Source of the DNA: Gemmatimonadota bacterium
GTDB taxonomy: Bacteria > Gemmatimonadota > Gemmatimonadetes > Gemmatimonadales > GWC2-71-9
Assembly (NCBI GenBank): GCA_022563595.1
Contig: JADFNB010000013.1
Coordinates: forward strand, 9,695-73,694
Direction of reading: 5' to 3'
Length of the DNA: 64,000 nucleotides
The position numbers and the translations under genes were made by a program. Within the stretch, counting starts at the first letter, position 1. Every line of letters begins with the position of its first letter. The notes beneath the pieces are model-generated. The model was not told the DNA's origin. It searched no databases and saw only the letters and a list, made by a program, of their open reading frames with translations. This document shows, in pieces, positions 38,769-47,246 of the stretch.

Positions 38769-38802
38769 CGCCCGGCGCGCCCACGGCGCGCCGGGCGTTT
38801 TC
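38769..38802 (+). terminator. rho-independent terminator
   Basis: A perfect 13-bp stem CGCCCGGCGCGCC / GGCGCGCCGGGCG has a 3-nt loop and is followed by TTTTCC. Confidence 0.8.
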
Positions 38803-38815
38803 CATTGACCGGCGG

Positions 38816-40945
38816 TCAGCGCGCCGGTCTGTGGGGCCCAAACCGCCGCTTGACGTCTCGCAGGCCGGCGGGCTCCGCGATGATCGTGATGCGGTCGCCT
38901 TCGGCGAGCGTGGTACCGCCGCGCGGCACGATAGTCTGACCGTGACGCAGGATGAGCGCTACCAGACTCCCCTCGGGTAGCCGTATGTCCTTCAGCGCCC
39001 GCCCGATCAGCTGCTCGCTTGGCGTTCCCGGGGTCAGCTCCAGCGAGAGGAAGCGCTCGTCCCGGAGCAGCGTTTCCTTCAACTGCTGCTCGTCGCGGTC
39101 CGCGAGCCATTCGGCCATGAACCCTTCATCCTCGATCCGACCAGCCAGCCCGGCGAGCATGCGCAGGTGGCGTCCGGGATCGAGCTCCCCACTGGCGAGG
39201 AAGAACACCGCCTGGATGGGAGTATCGCTTGCCTGGCGAGCCAGTTCCGTGTACTCCGCAACTACTACCTCCCCGCGACAGCGAACCAGCACCATCTCCG
39301 ATCCATCGAATCCCGGAAGCCGGGTGTGCACGAGTGCCACGCCGTGGGAGATCGGCGCGTCGCCGGCATGCAGCACCCGGGACAGGCCGTCGACCAGCTG
39401 TGCGGCGGTTACCGGGAGACGCTGCTCCAGCCGACTGGCCGCGTTCCGTACCAGCGTCCCCAGCTCGGGCCGCCCCTCCAGGTCGATGACATAGGCGCGC
39501 GCCACGACCTCGTCGAACGGGTCGCCTGCCCGGACGCCCTTCTCCTTCATGATGTCGCGGAGTTCCCGGTCGAGCGCCGCGAAGCGTCGCCGGCCCAGGC
39601 GCTCGAACACGTGGAAGATCGCGCCTTTCCGCTCCAGCCGACCGTGCGCGTAGTAGCGATACCAGGCTGCGCCCAGGGCCATCACGCCGACACTGAAGAG
39701 CATCGGGAGCCATCCCATCTTCGAGACGAGAAAGATGGGGAAGAACATTCCTGCGATCTGCATCCACGGGTACAACGGCGAGCGGAATCCCGGATCGTAC
39801 GTCTCGATTCGGCTCTCCCGCATCACGATGACGGCGGCGTTGATCAGGGCGAACAGCAGTAGCTGGAGTGAGCTGGCCAGCTTTGCGACCGCTACCACAT
39901 CCAGGAACACGATGATGGCTATTATGATCCCGCCGGTGAGGAGCGTTGCCCGCACCGGCGTGTGGAAGCGGCCGACCGTCGCTAGCCCCCGAGGTGCGAG
40001 CCCGTCACGGGCCATCGCGAGCGGGTAGCGAGATGCGGCCATGATCCCGGTGTTTGCCATGGAGGCGAACGCCGCGATGGCCGCGACGACGACCAGCCCG
40101 ACACCTACCCGCACTGGCAGCCAAGTGAAGAACGCGGCGGCGGAGTCGGCGACGGGGGTGAGACTAGCCCCAAGGCTTGTCGTCCCAAGCGAGGCTACCA
40201 TAATGGTCACGCCCACGACGTAGATCGTGGTGACGGTCACCAGCGCCAAGATCATCCCGAGCGGGATGTTCCGTTCGGGGTTTCTGACCTCTTCGGCGAG
40301 GCTCGCCACATTGGTCAGCCCGACGTACGAGATGAACACCAGTCCGACGGTGGCTACGAGGCCGTCTATACCCTCTGGCATGAACGGCGCGAACCGCATG
40401 CGGTACGTCTCCGCAATGCCTTGGGACGTCATGAAGACGATCCCGTGCACGGTGAAGAAGCCCAGGATGATGAGGAGCGCGATCACGAGGATCCGGACCA
40501 GCCCGCTCGACTGTCGCGCGCCGATGATGTTCAACAGCACGAACAGCAGCGTGCCCCCCACTGCTACCGTTCGCAGATCCAGATCCAGGAACAGGGTCAG
40601 ATAAGCGCCCATACCGATGAGGGCGAAGGCGGTCTTCAGCATCAACGCGAGCCACGTACCCACTCCTCCGATGGTGCCTACCAGCGGGCCCATGGTTCGA
40701 TCGAGGAAGTAGTACGCGCCGCCGGCGCGAGGCATGGCCGTAGCGAGTTCCGCTTGGCTGACCATCGCCGGGATGATCAAGATGCCTGACAATAAGTAAG
40801 CCAAGACGACCGACGGGCCGGCCGTCGCGGCGGCGATGCCGGGAAGCAGGAAGAATCCGGAACTGAACATCGCGCCCGTCGCGATCACGTAGACGTCGGA
40901 CAGGTTCAGTTGCTTCTTCAGCCGCCCGGTCGTCGCTAGGCCCAC
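38816..40945 (-). CDS. APC-family amino acid permease fused to PTS-EIIA(type 2)-like and TrkA-C domains
   Basis: The ~440 aa, 12-TM permease contains VIATGAMFSSGFFLLPG. GVALVHTRLPG and AVFFLASGELDPGRHLRMLAGLA (EIIA-like) follow. The C-terminal LPEGSLVALILRHGQTIVPRGGTTLAEGDRITIIAEP is TrkA-C-like. Confidence 0.8.
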   Translation of the reverse strand: MGLATTGRLKKQLNLSDVYVIATGAMFSSGFFLLPGIAAATAGPSVVLAYLLSGILIIPAMVSQAELATAMPRAGGAYYFLDRTMGPLVGTIGGVGTWLALMLKTAFALIGMGAYLTLFLDLDLRTVAVGGTLLFVLLNIIGARQSSGLVRILVIALLIILGFFTVHGIVFMTSQGIAETYRMRFAPFMPEGIDGLVATVGLVFISYVGLTNVASLAEEVRNPERNIPLGMILALVTVTTIYVVGVTIMVASLGTTSLGASLTPVADSAAAFFTWLPVRVGVGLVVVAAIAAFASMANTGIMAASRYPLAMARDGLAPRGLATVGRFHTPVRATLLTGGIIIAIIVFLDVVAVAKLASSLQLLLFALINAAVIVMRESRIETYDPGFRSPLYPWMQIAGMFFPIFLVSKMGWLPMLFSVGVMALGAAWYRYYAHGRLERKGAIFHVFERLGRRRFAALDRELRDIMKEKGVRAGDPFDEVVARAYVIDLEGRPELGTLVRNAASRLEQRLPVTAAQLVDGLSRVLHAGDAPISHGVALVHTRLPGFDGSEMVLVRCRGEVVVAEYTELARQASDTPIQAVFFLASGELDPGRHLRMLAGLAGRIEDEGFMAEWLADRDEQQLKETLLRDERFLSLELTPGTPSEQLIGRALKDIRLPEGSLVALILRHGQTIVPRGGTTLAEGDRITIIAEPAGLRDVKRRFGPHRPAR

Positions 40946-41158
40946 GTGACCTCAGGTGCTGGGACTGGAGAAACCAAGATGGAGTCGAGGAAGGACCTGC
41001 GGGGAGACCCTAACCTCGCGGCCGCGCGGGACGAAAGGAGCGGGCCGACGCCGGGCGTTCGATCACGCCGGCGCGCGTCTTCGTCGGTGCCTGCCGGGGT
41101 TTCGGACGCAGCGGATCATGATGCGCGTCACCGAGCCCGGCCCCAGGGCCGGTCCCCG

Positions 41159-42733
41159 CTAGGGGCTCGCTCGCTGGGCCGTCAGCTGGGTGAGCTTGGG
41201 CTGGGCCGCCTCCGTCGCCTTGAGGTAGGCGTTGGGGTCATGATACACGGCGCCATCGGGCAGCCACTTCCATAGTGGGCCGAGGTCTTTCTTCACCCGG
41301 TCCAAGAAGAATGCCGGCAGCTCGGTCGACTCGCCCTCGAAGTACCGCCTGAACTGCAGGTCTTCGCTCAGGCGTCGCCGGACCTCGGAATAAAATCGTA
41401 TCCGCCCAAACCCCTCCGAGGAGACCGCCCGCATCACGTTCATCCACTTGGGGATCGCCGTCCTGTTGGCGCGGACCCGATTGAAGATGGCGCGCCACGA
41501 AAAGGAGTACTTGCTGACGTCGATGACGTGATCGTAGAACGTGGGCCAAGAGTAGTTCTTGGGTGTGACGTTCATTGCGTGGTTGTTGTTGAGGAAGTGG
41601 AACGGGAACGGGAGCACCCGCCCGTCACGCTGATACTGTAGGTTGAGCGGCGCCGCCGCACCGAACGCCGAAAGGAGCGAGTAGGCCGGGAAGGCCCCCG
41701 GCACCTCGTCGAGAAACTGCTTGGTCAGCTCGAACGGCTCCGGTCCTTCGTCGGCGTCGAGGCCGAGCACGAAGTTGGCCTGCAGGTAGGGCACGTATCG
41801 CAGGATCATGTTCACTTGCTCCGATACGTGGCGGAGCTTCTCCGCCCCCTGCTTGGCCCCGGTCTTGGACTTGTTCCCCATGTCGAACCATGACTCGATG
41901 CCGGGGAGGATAGCCTTGAAGCCGTTCCGCTGGAGCCGCTGCATATGTGGCTCACTCAACAGCGACAGGCTGCTCTCGGCAATGAATTCGATACGGCCCG
42001 GCGGAACAGCCTCCTCGATCGCGTCCATGTAATCGTTGAAGCGGATCCCGAAGTTGGGATCGTGCCAGCCGACGATCGGCCGCTTGTACTGCTGCTGGAC
42101 GAACCGCAAGTCGTCCTTCATCGTGTCGAAATCGAGCGGGCGATAGGGCACTTCCGAATCGATGCAGAAGCTGCACGTGTACGGGCATCCCAGGCTGCCG
42201 AGCATGGGCACGATCTTGATGAGCGGCGCCTTGGCGAGTGTCTGCTGGATGAACGGCCAGCGTTCGCGGACCCCGGGCAGCTCGACGGGCTGCGCGCCGG
42301 CATCCAGGTGCACGCCGTGGGGGCGGTGCTGGGCGCACTCGCTCAGGACGTCGTCGATGATACGCCGGTCGGTGAAGCCGAGCACGTAGTCGAAGTACTT
42401 CTGGGCGTCTTGCGGATAGCAGCGCGCGTGCGGTCCGCCTAGCACGGTGACAGCGCCTCGCGACCGGCAGAGATTGCTTATGGCATAGGCGAGCTGGGCC
42501 GCCTGCGTGAAGGCGCCAATGAACACCAGATCGGTATCGGCGGGAATCTCCTTGAAGAGATCCTCGAAGCCCGTGTAGCACAGGAACCGCACATCGTGGC
42601 CCTGTTCCTCACACCACACCCCTACGACCTGAGGCATGATGCTCGCCAGGTTGGGGTTCATCACCCGCGCGTACAGCGCGCGCGTAGGTCTTTTGGTTAC
42701 CAGGTCGATGATGCCTATGCGGAGCTTGCGCAC
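41159..42733 (-). CDS. B12-binding-domain radical SAM protein
   Basis: The N-terminal Rossmann-like region is LVFIGAFT...VLGGPH. The radical SAM cluster motif is GCPYTCSFC (CxxxCxxC). The likely GTG start at 42733 follows GGAGGG. The ORF-track extension to 42922 is not credible. Confidence 0.8.
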   Translation of the reverse strand: MRKLRIGIIDLVTKRPTRALYARVMNPNLASIMPQVVGVWCEEQGHDVRFLCYTGFEDLFKEIPADTDLVFIGAFTQAAQLAYAISNLCRSRGAVTVLGGPHARCYPQDAQKYFDYVLGFTDRRIIDDVLSECAQHRPHGVHLDAGAQPVELPGVRERWPFIQQTLAKAPLIKIVPMLGSLGCPYTCSFCIDSEVPYRPLDFDTMKDDLRFVQQQYKRPIVGWHDPNFGIRFNDYMDAIEEAVPPGRIEFIAESSLSLLSEPHMQRLQRNGFKAILPGIESWFDMGNKSKTGAKQGAEKLRHVSEQVNMILRYVPYLQANFVLGLDADEGPEPFELTKQFLDEVPGAFPAYSLLSAFGAAAPLNLQYQRDGRVLPFPFHFLNNNHAMNVTPKNYSWPTFYDHVIDVSKYSFSWRAIFNRVRANRTAIPKWMNVMRAVSSEGFGRIRFYSEVRRRLSEDLQFRRYFEGESTELPAFFLDRVKKDLGPLWKWLPDGAVYHDPNAYLKATEAAQPKLTQLTAQRASP

Positions 42734-42951
42734 GGGCCCTCCGGTGAATGAGTCGGGTTTCGGCCGCAGCCACCGCCGGGCGGAAACCTCCAAGGGGTGC
42801 TGAATCGAGTTTCGAAGGATGCAGGCGGGTCGGGTCAGCGTCAAGGAGCCATCTTGAGAATCGAGCGGCGGCGGTGCATTCTTCGACCGCCCGCACAGCT
42901 CTCGCCGCGGATATCGCTCCACCCTTGGACCACTCGCACGAGATCACGTGT

Positions 42952-44202
42952 ATGCACGAGTCGCACGCCCTCATCACGAACGACGCCGCCATACTCGGGG
43001 TGTTGGCGGCTACGCTGGGCATCATCTTCCATACGGCGCACAGCGACCGACCGGCGTTCCGCAAGTTCTACAAGTATGTGCCGTCGCTTCTCCTGTGCTA
43101 CTTCATTCCGGCGCTGTTCAACACGTTCGGCTTGATCGACGGCGAGCATTCCAGGCTCTATTTCGTTTCATCGCGCTTCCTCCTGCCGGCCACGCTCGTG
43201 CTGCTGACGCTCAGCATCGACCTGCAGGGCATCCTGCGCCTGGGTCCCAAGGCGTTGATCATGTTCTTCACCGGAACGGCCGGTATCATCTTGGGCGGGC
43301 CGCTCGCGATTCTGATCTTCTCGTTCGTCAGTCCGGACACAGTGGGTGGAGCGGGGCCCGATGCAGTGTGGCGTGGCCTCACGACGGTGGCGGGGAGCTG
43401 GATCGGCGGCAGCGCCAACCAGGCGGCCATGAAGGAGGTGTTCGAGGTCGGCGATGAGCTCTTCTCGGCCATGGTCGCTGTCGACGTGCTCGTCGCGAGC
43501 CTGTGGATGGCCGTGCTGCTCTATCTCGCGGGTGAATCGCAGGCGATCGATCGGCGGGTCGGCGCCGATACCGCGGCGCTCGAGCAGCTTCGCCGGCGTG
43601 TGACCGAGTTTCAGGAAAAGGTCGCCCGCGTCACCACCCTCAAGGACCTCATGATCATCGCCGCACTCGGGTTCGGGGTCACCGGTCTCTCCCACATACT
43701 GGCCGACTGGCTCGCTCCCTGGATCCAGGAGCACGCGCCACTGCTCTCCCGGTTCAGCCTCACCAGCCGCTTCTTCTGGCTCGTGGTCTTCGCGACCACG
43801 GGCGGATTGCTGTTGTCGTTCACGCGGGCCCGGGATTACGAGGGCGCCGGAGCCTCGAAGGTGGGTTCGGCGATGCTCTATTTCCTGATCGCGAGCATCG
43901 GCATGACCATGGACATCACAGCGGTCGTGGAGCGGCCGGGCCTGTTCGCGCTCGGCGGCGTCTGGATGGCGATCCACGCCGTGCTGCTCATCGTGGTCGC
44001 CCGCGCCATCAAGGCACCGGTCTTCTACCTGGCGGTGGGCAGTCAGGCGAATGTGGGGGGAGCGGCCTCGGCGCCAGTGGTCGCGTCGGCGTTCCATCCC
44101 ACCCTCGCCCCGGTAGGCGTGCTGCTGGCCGTGCTCGGCTACGCCATCGGTACGTACGGCGCGTGGCTCACGGGACAGTTCATGCGGATCGTGGCACAGT
44201 GA
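42952..44202 (+). CDS. DUF819 family integral membrane protein
   Basis: The sequence reads MHESHALITNDAAILGVLAATLGIIF...FYKYVPSLLLCYFIPALFNTFGLI and is polytopic throughout. Confidence 0.75.
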   Translation: MHESHALITNDAAILGVLAATLGIIFHTAHSDRPAFRKFYKYVPSLLLCYFIPALFNTFGLIDGEHSRLYFVSSRFLLPATLVLLTLSIDLQGILRLGPKALIMFFTGTAGIILGGPLAILIFSFVSPDTVGGAGPDAVWRGLTTVAGSWIGGSANQAAMKEVFEVGDELFSAMVAVDVLVASLWMAVLLYLAGESQAIDRRVGADTAALEQLRRRVTEFQEKVARVTTLKDLMIIAALGFGVTGLSHILADWLAPWIQEHAPLLSRFSLTSRFFWLVVFATTGGLLLSFTRARDYEGAGASKVGSAMLYFLIASIGMTMDITAVVERPGLFALGGVWMAIHAVLLIVVARAIKAPVFYLAVGSQANVGGAASAPVVASAFHPTLAPVGVLLAVLGYAIGTYGAWLTGQFMRIVAQ

Positions 44203-44255
44203 CGACGCCGATTCAGCTGGCTGTCGCCATCCGCGCGAGAACGTTCCGCTAGCCC

Positions 44256-45026
44256 GTGCCCGCGTCGCGTTGGCTGCTGCCCCGGGAGTACGGGGCATAT
44301 GCGGAACTCGCCTTTCCTATCATTACGGCGATGATCGCGGGTCGCCCGACGGTGGCGGCGGTGGGCTTTTCCGTGGCGGCCGCGGCGGGGTTCCTGGTCC
44401 ACGAGCCGATCGAGGTCCTGCGAGGGACGCGTGGGGAGCGGCGGCGACAGACGTTTGCCCGACAGGCGCGTGTCCGGATTTGGTGGCTCCTCGTCGCAGG
44501 TGCTGCGGCCGCGGCCGCAGCACTGATTCTGGCGCCGCCCTCAGCACGATGGGCGGCTCTGGCCCCGGGGGCGTGTTTCGTGGCGTTGATCCCGGCGATC
44601 GCCCGCCGTCGGGAGAAGACGCTGGTAGCCGAACTCATCATGGCGGCCGGACTCGCGGCGATGATGCTGCCGGTCGGAACCGCGGCGGGCGTGAGCTGGG
44701 AGTACGCGCTGGTCGCGACCGCGGTGTGGTTCGTCAGCTTCGCGCTCGCGACGCTGACGGTGCATGCCGTGAAGGTAGCGTACGGGAAGAAAGGGGCGCG
44801 GGGGAGTGTCGTCCTGACGTCGGTGCTGGCGCTGGGCGTGGTGGTTGGCGCAGCCGCGCTGGCCGTCAGCAGCGCATGGCCGCTTGCCGGTCTGGCGCTC
44901 CTGCCAGTGCCGCTGCTCGCACTCGCGGTCACGGTCATGCGTGTTCACCCGAGGAACCTGCGGCGGGTCGGCTGGTCCCTCGTCGTCGCCAATCTCGGGA
45001 CGCTCGCGCTGCTGCTCGCTGCATGA
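44256..45026 (+). CDS. YwiC-like family membrane protein
   Basis: The N-terminus LLPREYGAYAELAFPIITAMIAG is followed by about 8 hydrophobic segments. Confidence 0.55.
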   Translation: MPASRWLLPREYGAYAELAFPIITAMIAGRPTVAAVGFSVAAAAGFLVHEPIEVLRGTRGERRRQTFARQARVRIWWLLVAGAAAAAAALILAPPSARWAALAPGACFVALIPAIARRREKTLVAELIMAAGLAAMMLPVGTAAGVSWEYALVATAVWFVSFALATLTVHAVKVAYGKKGARGSVVLTSVLALGVVVGAAALAVSSAWPLAGLALLPVPLLALAVTVMRVHPRNLRRVGWSLVVANLGTLALLLAA

Positions 45027-45179
45027 GCGTCGGGGTGACACGCACGGTGGCTGGCTCGAGTGACGCAGAGGCGTACGATGGGCGAGTGTTTCCATCTTCC
45101 CGACATCGGGTCACCCGGCTACCTCTCTCCGGGAGGAGTGCGTACCTGAAAACGACAGCACAACAGAGGCGAGTACTCC

Positions 45180-45425
45180 ATGGGATATCGCAAGTTTGTT
45201 GACCGGGACGGCCGGGCCTGGGACGTTCGCGACCGCTCTCGCTCCGAGTGGACCTTCCAGCCCGAACCGGGGAACCCCCAGGCACCGGTGGACGTCCCGG
45301 CGCCGGGCTACGAGAAGGACCCGTTCGAGCTGAGCAACGAGGAGCTGCAGAAGATCCTGGATGCCGCTCTGGGAGACGAGCCCCGTGCGGCGCGCAAGAA
45401 AAAATCGCCGTTCCTGGACGAATAA
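45180..45425 (+). CDS. hypothetical protein (81 aa)
   Basis: The ORF has coding-like GC3 bias. I recognise no domain. Confidence 0.45.
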   Translation: MGYRKFVDRDGRAWDVRDRSRSEWTFQPEPGNPQAPVDVPAPGYEKDPFELSNEELQKILDAALGDEPRAARKKKSPFLDE

Positions 45426-45440
45426 AGTCCAGGGTGAGCG

Positions 45441-45480
45441 GTGTTGGGAATGCGTGACCGGTGTTGGGAATGCGTGACCG
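45441..45480. repeat. perfect 20-bp tandem duplication (gtgttgggaatgcgtgaccg x2)
   Basis: Read directly from the sequence: 45441-45460 is identical to 45461-45480. Confidence 0.95.
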
Positions 45481-45538
45481 GCTCCACCGACCACCGCGAC
45501 CTCGCCACCGTAGTGCTCGCCCCGTATCTTGGCTTCCC

Positions 45539-45685
45539 ATGACCGAGATCATCGCTCGGCTTTCGACCGCCCTAGCGGACCGCTACCAGCTCGAACGTCG
45601 ACTCGGCGAAGGTGGCATGGCCACCGTCTACCTCCGGTTTCCCCTCCGGAATCTCCATGAGGGTCCCATGAGAGGGCGAGGCTAG
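45539..45685 (+). pseudogene. N-terminal relic of a Ser/Thr protein kinase (first 32 codons only)
   Basis: MTEIIARLSTALADRYQLERRLGEGGMATVYL matches 22 of the first 32 residues of the intact kinase at 47247 (MTEPLERLTSALADRYRIDRELGRGGMATVYL). The sequence then diverges and stops after 16 more codons. Confidence 0.65.
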
Positions 45686-45686
45686 C

Positions 45687-46985
45687 GTGGGTCTGTGGTC
45701 CCAGGCAGCGGCCGTCGCCGCGAAGACGCCCGAGACGCGCAACAGGTACGTCGATTTCCTGCGTGCCGTCTCGATTCTCGCCGTCATCTCCGGCCACTGG
45801 CTCGTCGCAGCGCCGTACGTGGGTGCCGAGGGCCAGTTGAGTCTCCCAAACTTGCTGGCGCGGCAACCGTGGACCCAGTGGCTCACCTGGGCCTTCCAGG
45901 TGATGCCCGTTTTTTTCTTTGTCGGCGGTTACTCGAACGGCGTTTCCTGGAATGCGGCGATGCGCGACGGCCGCGGCTACCCCAGTTGGCTGGACGCGCG
46001 GCTGCAACGACTCATCGGTCCCGTCTTGCCCCTCATCGTTGTGTGGGCGGTGTTGGCGACTGTCGCCTCGCAGATGGGGGCGAGGCCGGAGATGATCAAG
46101 GTCGGATCGCAACTCGCCCTCATTCCCATCTGGTTTCTCGCGGTCTACATCATGGCTGTGCTGCTGGTCCCGCTCACGTACTCGGCCTGGCAGCGGTATG
46201 GGCTCCTCTCGTTCGGCGCGCTCGTGTTCCTGGCCCTCGCGAACGATGTACTGTTCTTCGCCGCGGACCTCCCTGCCGTCGGTTGGATCAACTACGGGTT
46301 CATCTGGCTCGCCGTCCATCAGCTCGGCTACGCGTGGCGCGATGGACAGCTGAAGGGTGGGTTGAAGGCGCTGCCGTGGGCGTTTGGTGGGCTGGCGATA
46401 CTCCTCGGGCTCGTATTCCTGGGACCCTACCCGCTGGCCATGGTCAGTGTCCCTGGTGACGAGATCAGCAACACGCTCCCGCCCAAGCTCCCCATGCTCG
46501 CACTTGGCGTGACCCAGATCGGTCTCATGTTGACGCTCGAAGCGCCCATGCGACGTTGGCTCAGGCGTCCGGCTCCCTGGACCGCGACGGTGCTCGTGAA
46601 CGGCATGATCATGACCATCTTCCTGTGGCACCTCACATCGTCCACCATCATTATCGGCGGCGCACTGCAGATGGGGAACGTGGGCCTGACCGTGGAACCG
46701 GGCACGGGGTTGTGGTGGGCGCTGCGCCCAGCGTGGATCGCGAGTTACCTGATCGGCCTTGCGATCCTGGCTCTCGGGTTCAGTCGGTTCGAGCGAGGCG
46801 GTGCCGGGGTGGCCGCAGCGGCGTGGCGGCTGGTAGGCGGAGCGGCACTTGTGGGGCTCGGGCTGGCCCTGTTGGCCCTCGATGGCGTGGGAGGCGACGG
46901 CTGGTTCTGGCTGAGCCCGTGGGTCGCACTGCCCTTCGTGGGGGCGCTCATCGCCGGAGTGAATCCGCTCAGATCGCGTTCGTGA
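45687..46985 (+). CDS. acyltransferase family 3 membrane protein
   Basis: The N-terminus is RNRYVDFLRAVSILAVISGHWL, with about 10 TM segments across 432 aa. Confidence 0.85.
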   Translation: MGLWSQAAAVAAKTPETRNRYVDFLRAVSILAVISGHWLVAAPYVGAEGQLSLPNLLARQPWTQWLTWAFQVMPVFFFVGGYSNGVSWNAAMRDGRGYPSWLDARLQRLIGPVLPLIVVWAVLATVASQMGARPEMIKVGSQLALIPIWFLAVYIMAVLLVPLTYSAWQRYGLLSFGALVFLALANDVLFFAADLPAVGWINYGFIWLAVHQLGYAWRDGQLKGGLKALPWAFGGLAILLGLVFLGPYPLAMVSVPGDEISNTLPPKLPMLALGVTQIGLMLTLEAPMRRWLRRPAPWTATVLVNGMIMTIFLWHLTSSTIIIGGALQMGNVGLTVEPGTGLWWALRPAWIASYLIGLAILALGFSRFERGGAGVAAAAWRLVGGAALVGLGLALLALDGVGGDGWFWLSPWVALPFVGALIAGVNPLRSRS

Positions 46986-47028
46986 TCGGGGATCACCTAC
47001 GGCCGTCAGATGATCAACTGCGGCTGCA

Positions 47029-47070
47029 TGCGCCAGGCGCGATTCGAACGCGCGGCCTTTGGCTCCAGAG
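47029..47070 (-). pseudogene. 42-nt 3' half of a tRNA-Arg-like gene (anticodon loop to discriminator)
   Basis: In tRNA sense it reads CTCTGGAGCCAAAGGCCGCGCGTTCGAATCGCGCCTGGCGCA. It matches 35 of 42 nt of the 3' half of tRNA-Arg(CCG) at 50417-50490. The T-stem changes are compensatory. No 5' half is present. Confidence 0.6.
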
Positions 47071-47246
47071 ACGCGGGCCAGACCCCCAGGGACACCCGAA
47101 AGCGACGATTTCCTAGGGATATGAGGGTGGGTGCACCCACCAGCGCTCATGGCCGCTCTGGGCGTTGTGACAGTTTTCGTTGATAGTTCTGGAGGTGGAC
47201 TGCGAGGGCTCGCGGGCACGCTCGACGGCCTCCATCTTTCCCCTGA

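Noticed and set aside
40946-41275. A 109-aa plus-strand ORF lies in the gap between the permease and radical SAM genes.
   Set aside because: There is no ribosome-binding site, the composition is Arg/Gly-rich, and the ORF overlaps the 3' end of the radical SAM gene. The region is more plausibly the permease leader.
45180-45425. The 81-aa protein here and the 95-aa protein at 35741 may be related (DGRAWDV versus DGSWRGRL followed by an acidic helix).
   Set aside because: The similarity rests on a handful of residues and cannot be distinguished from chance without a profile comparison.
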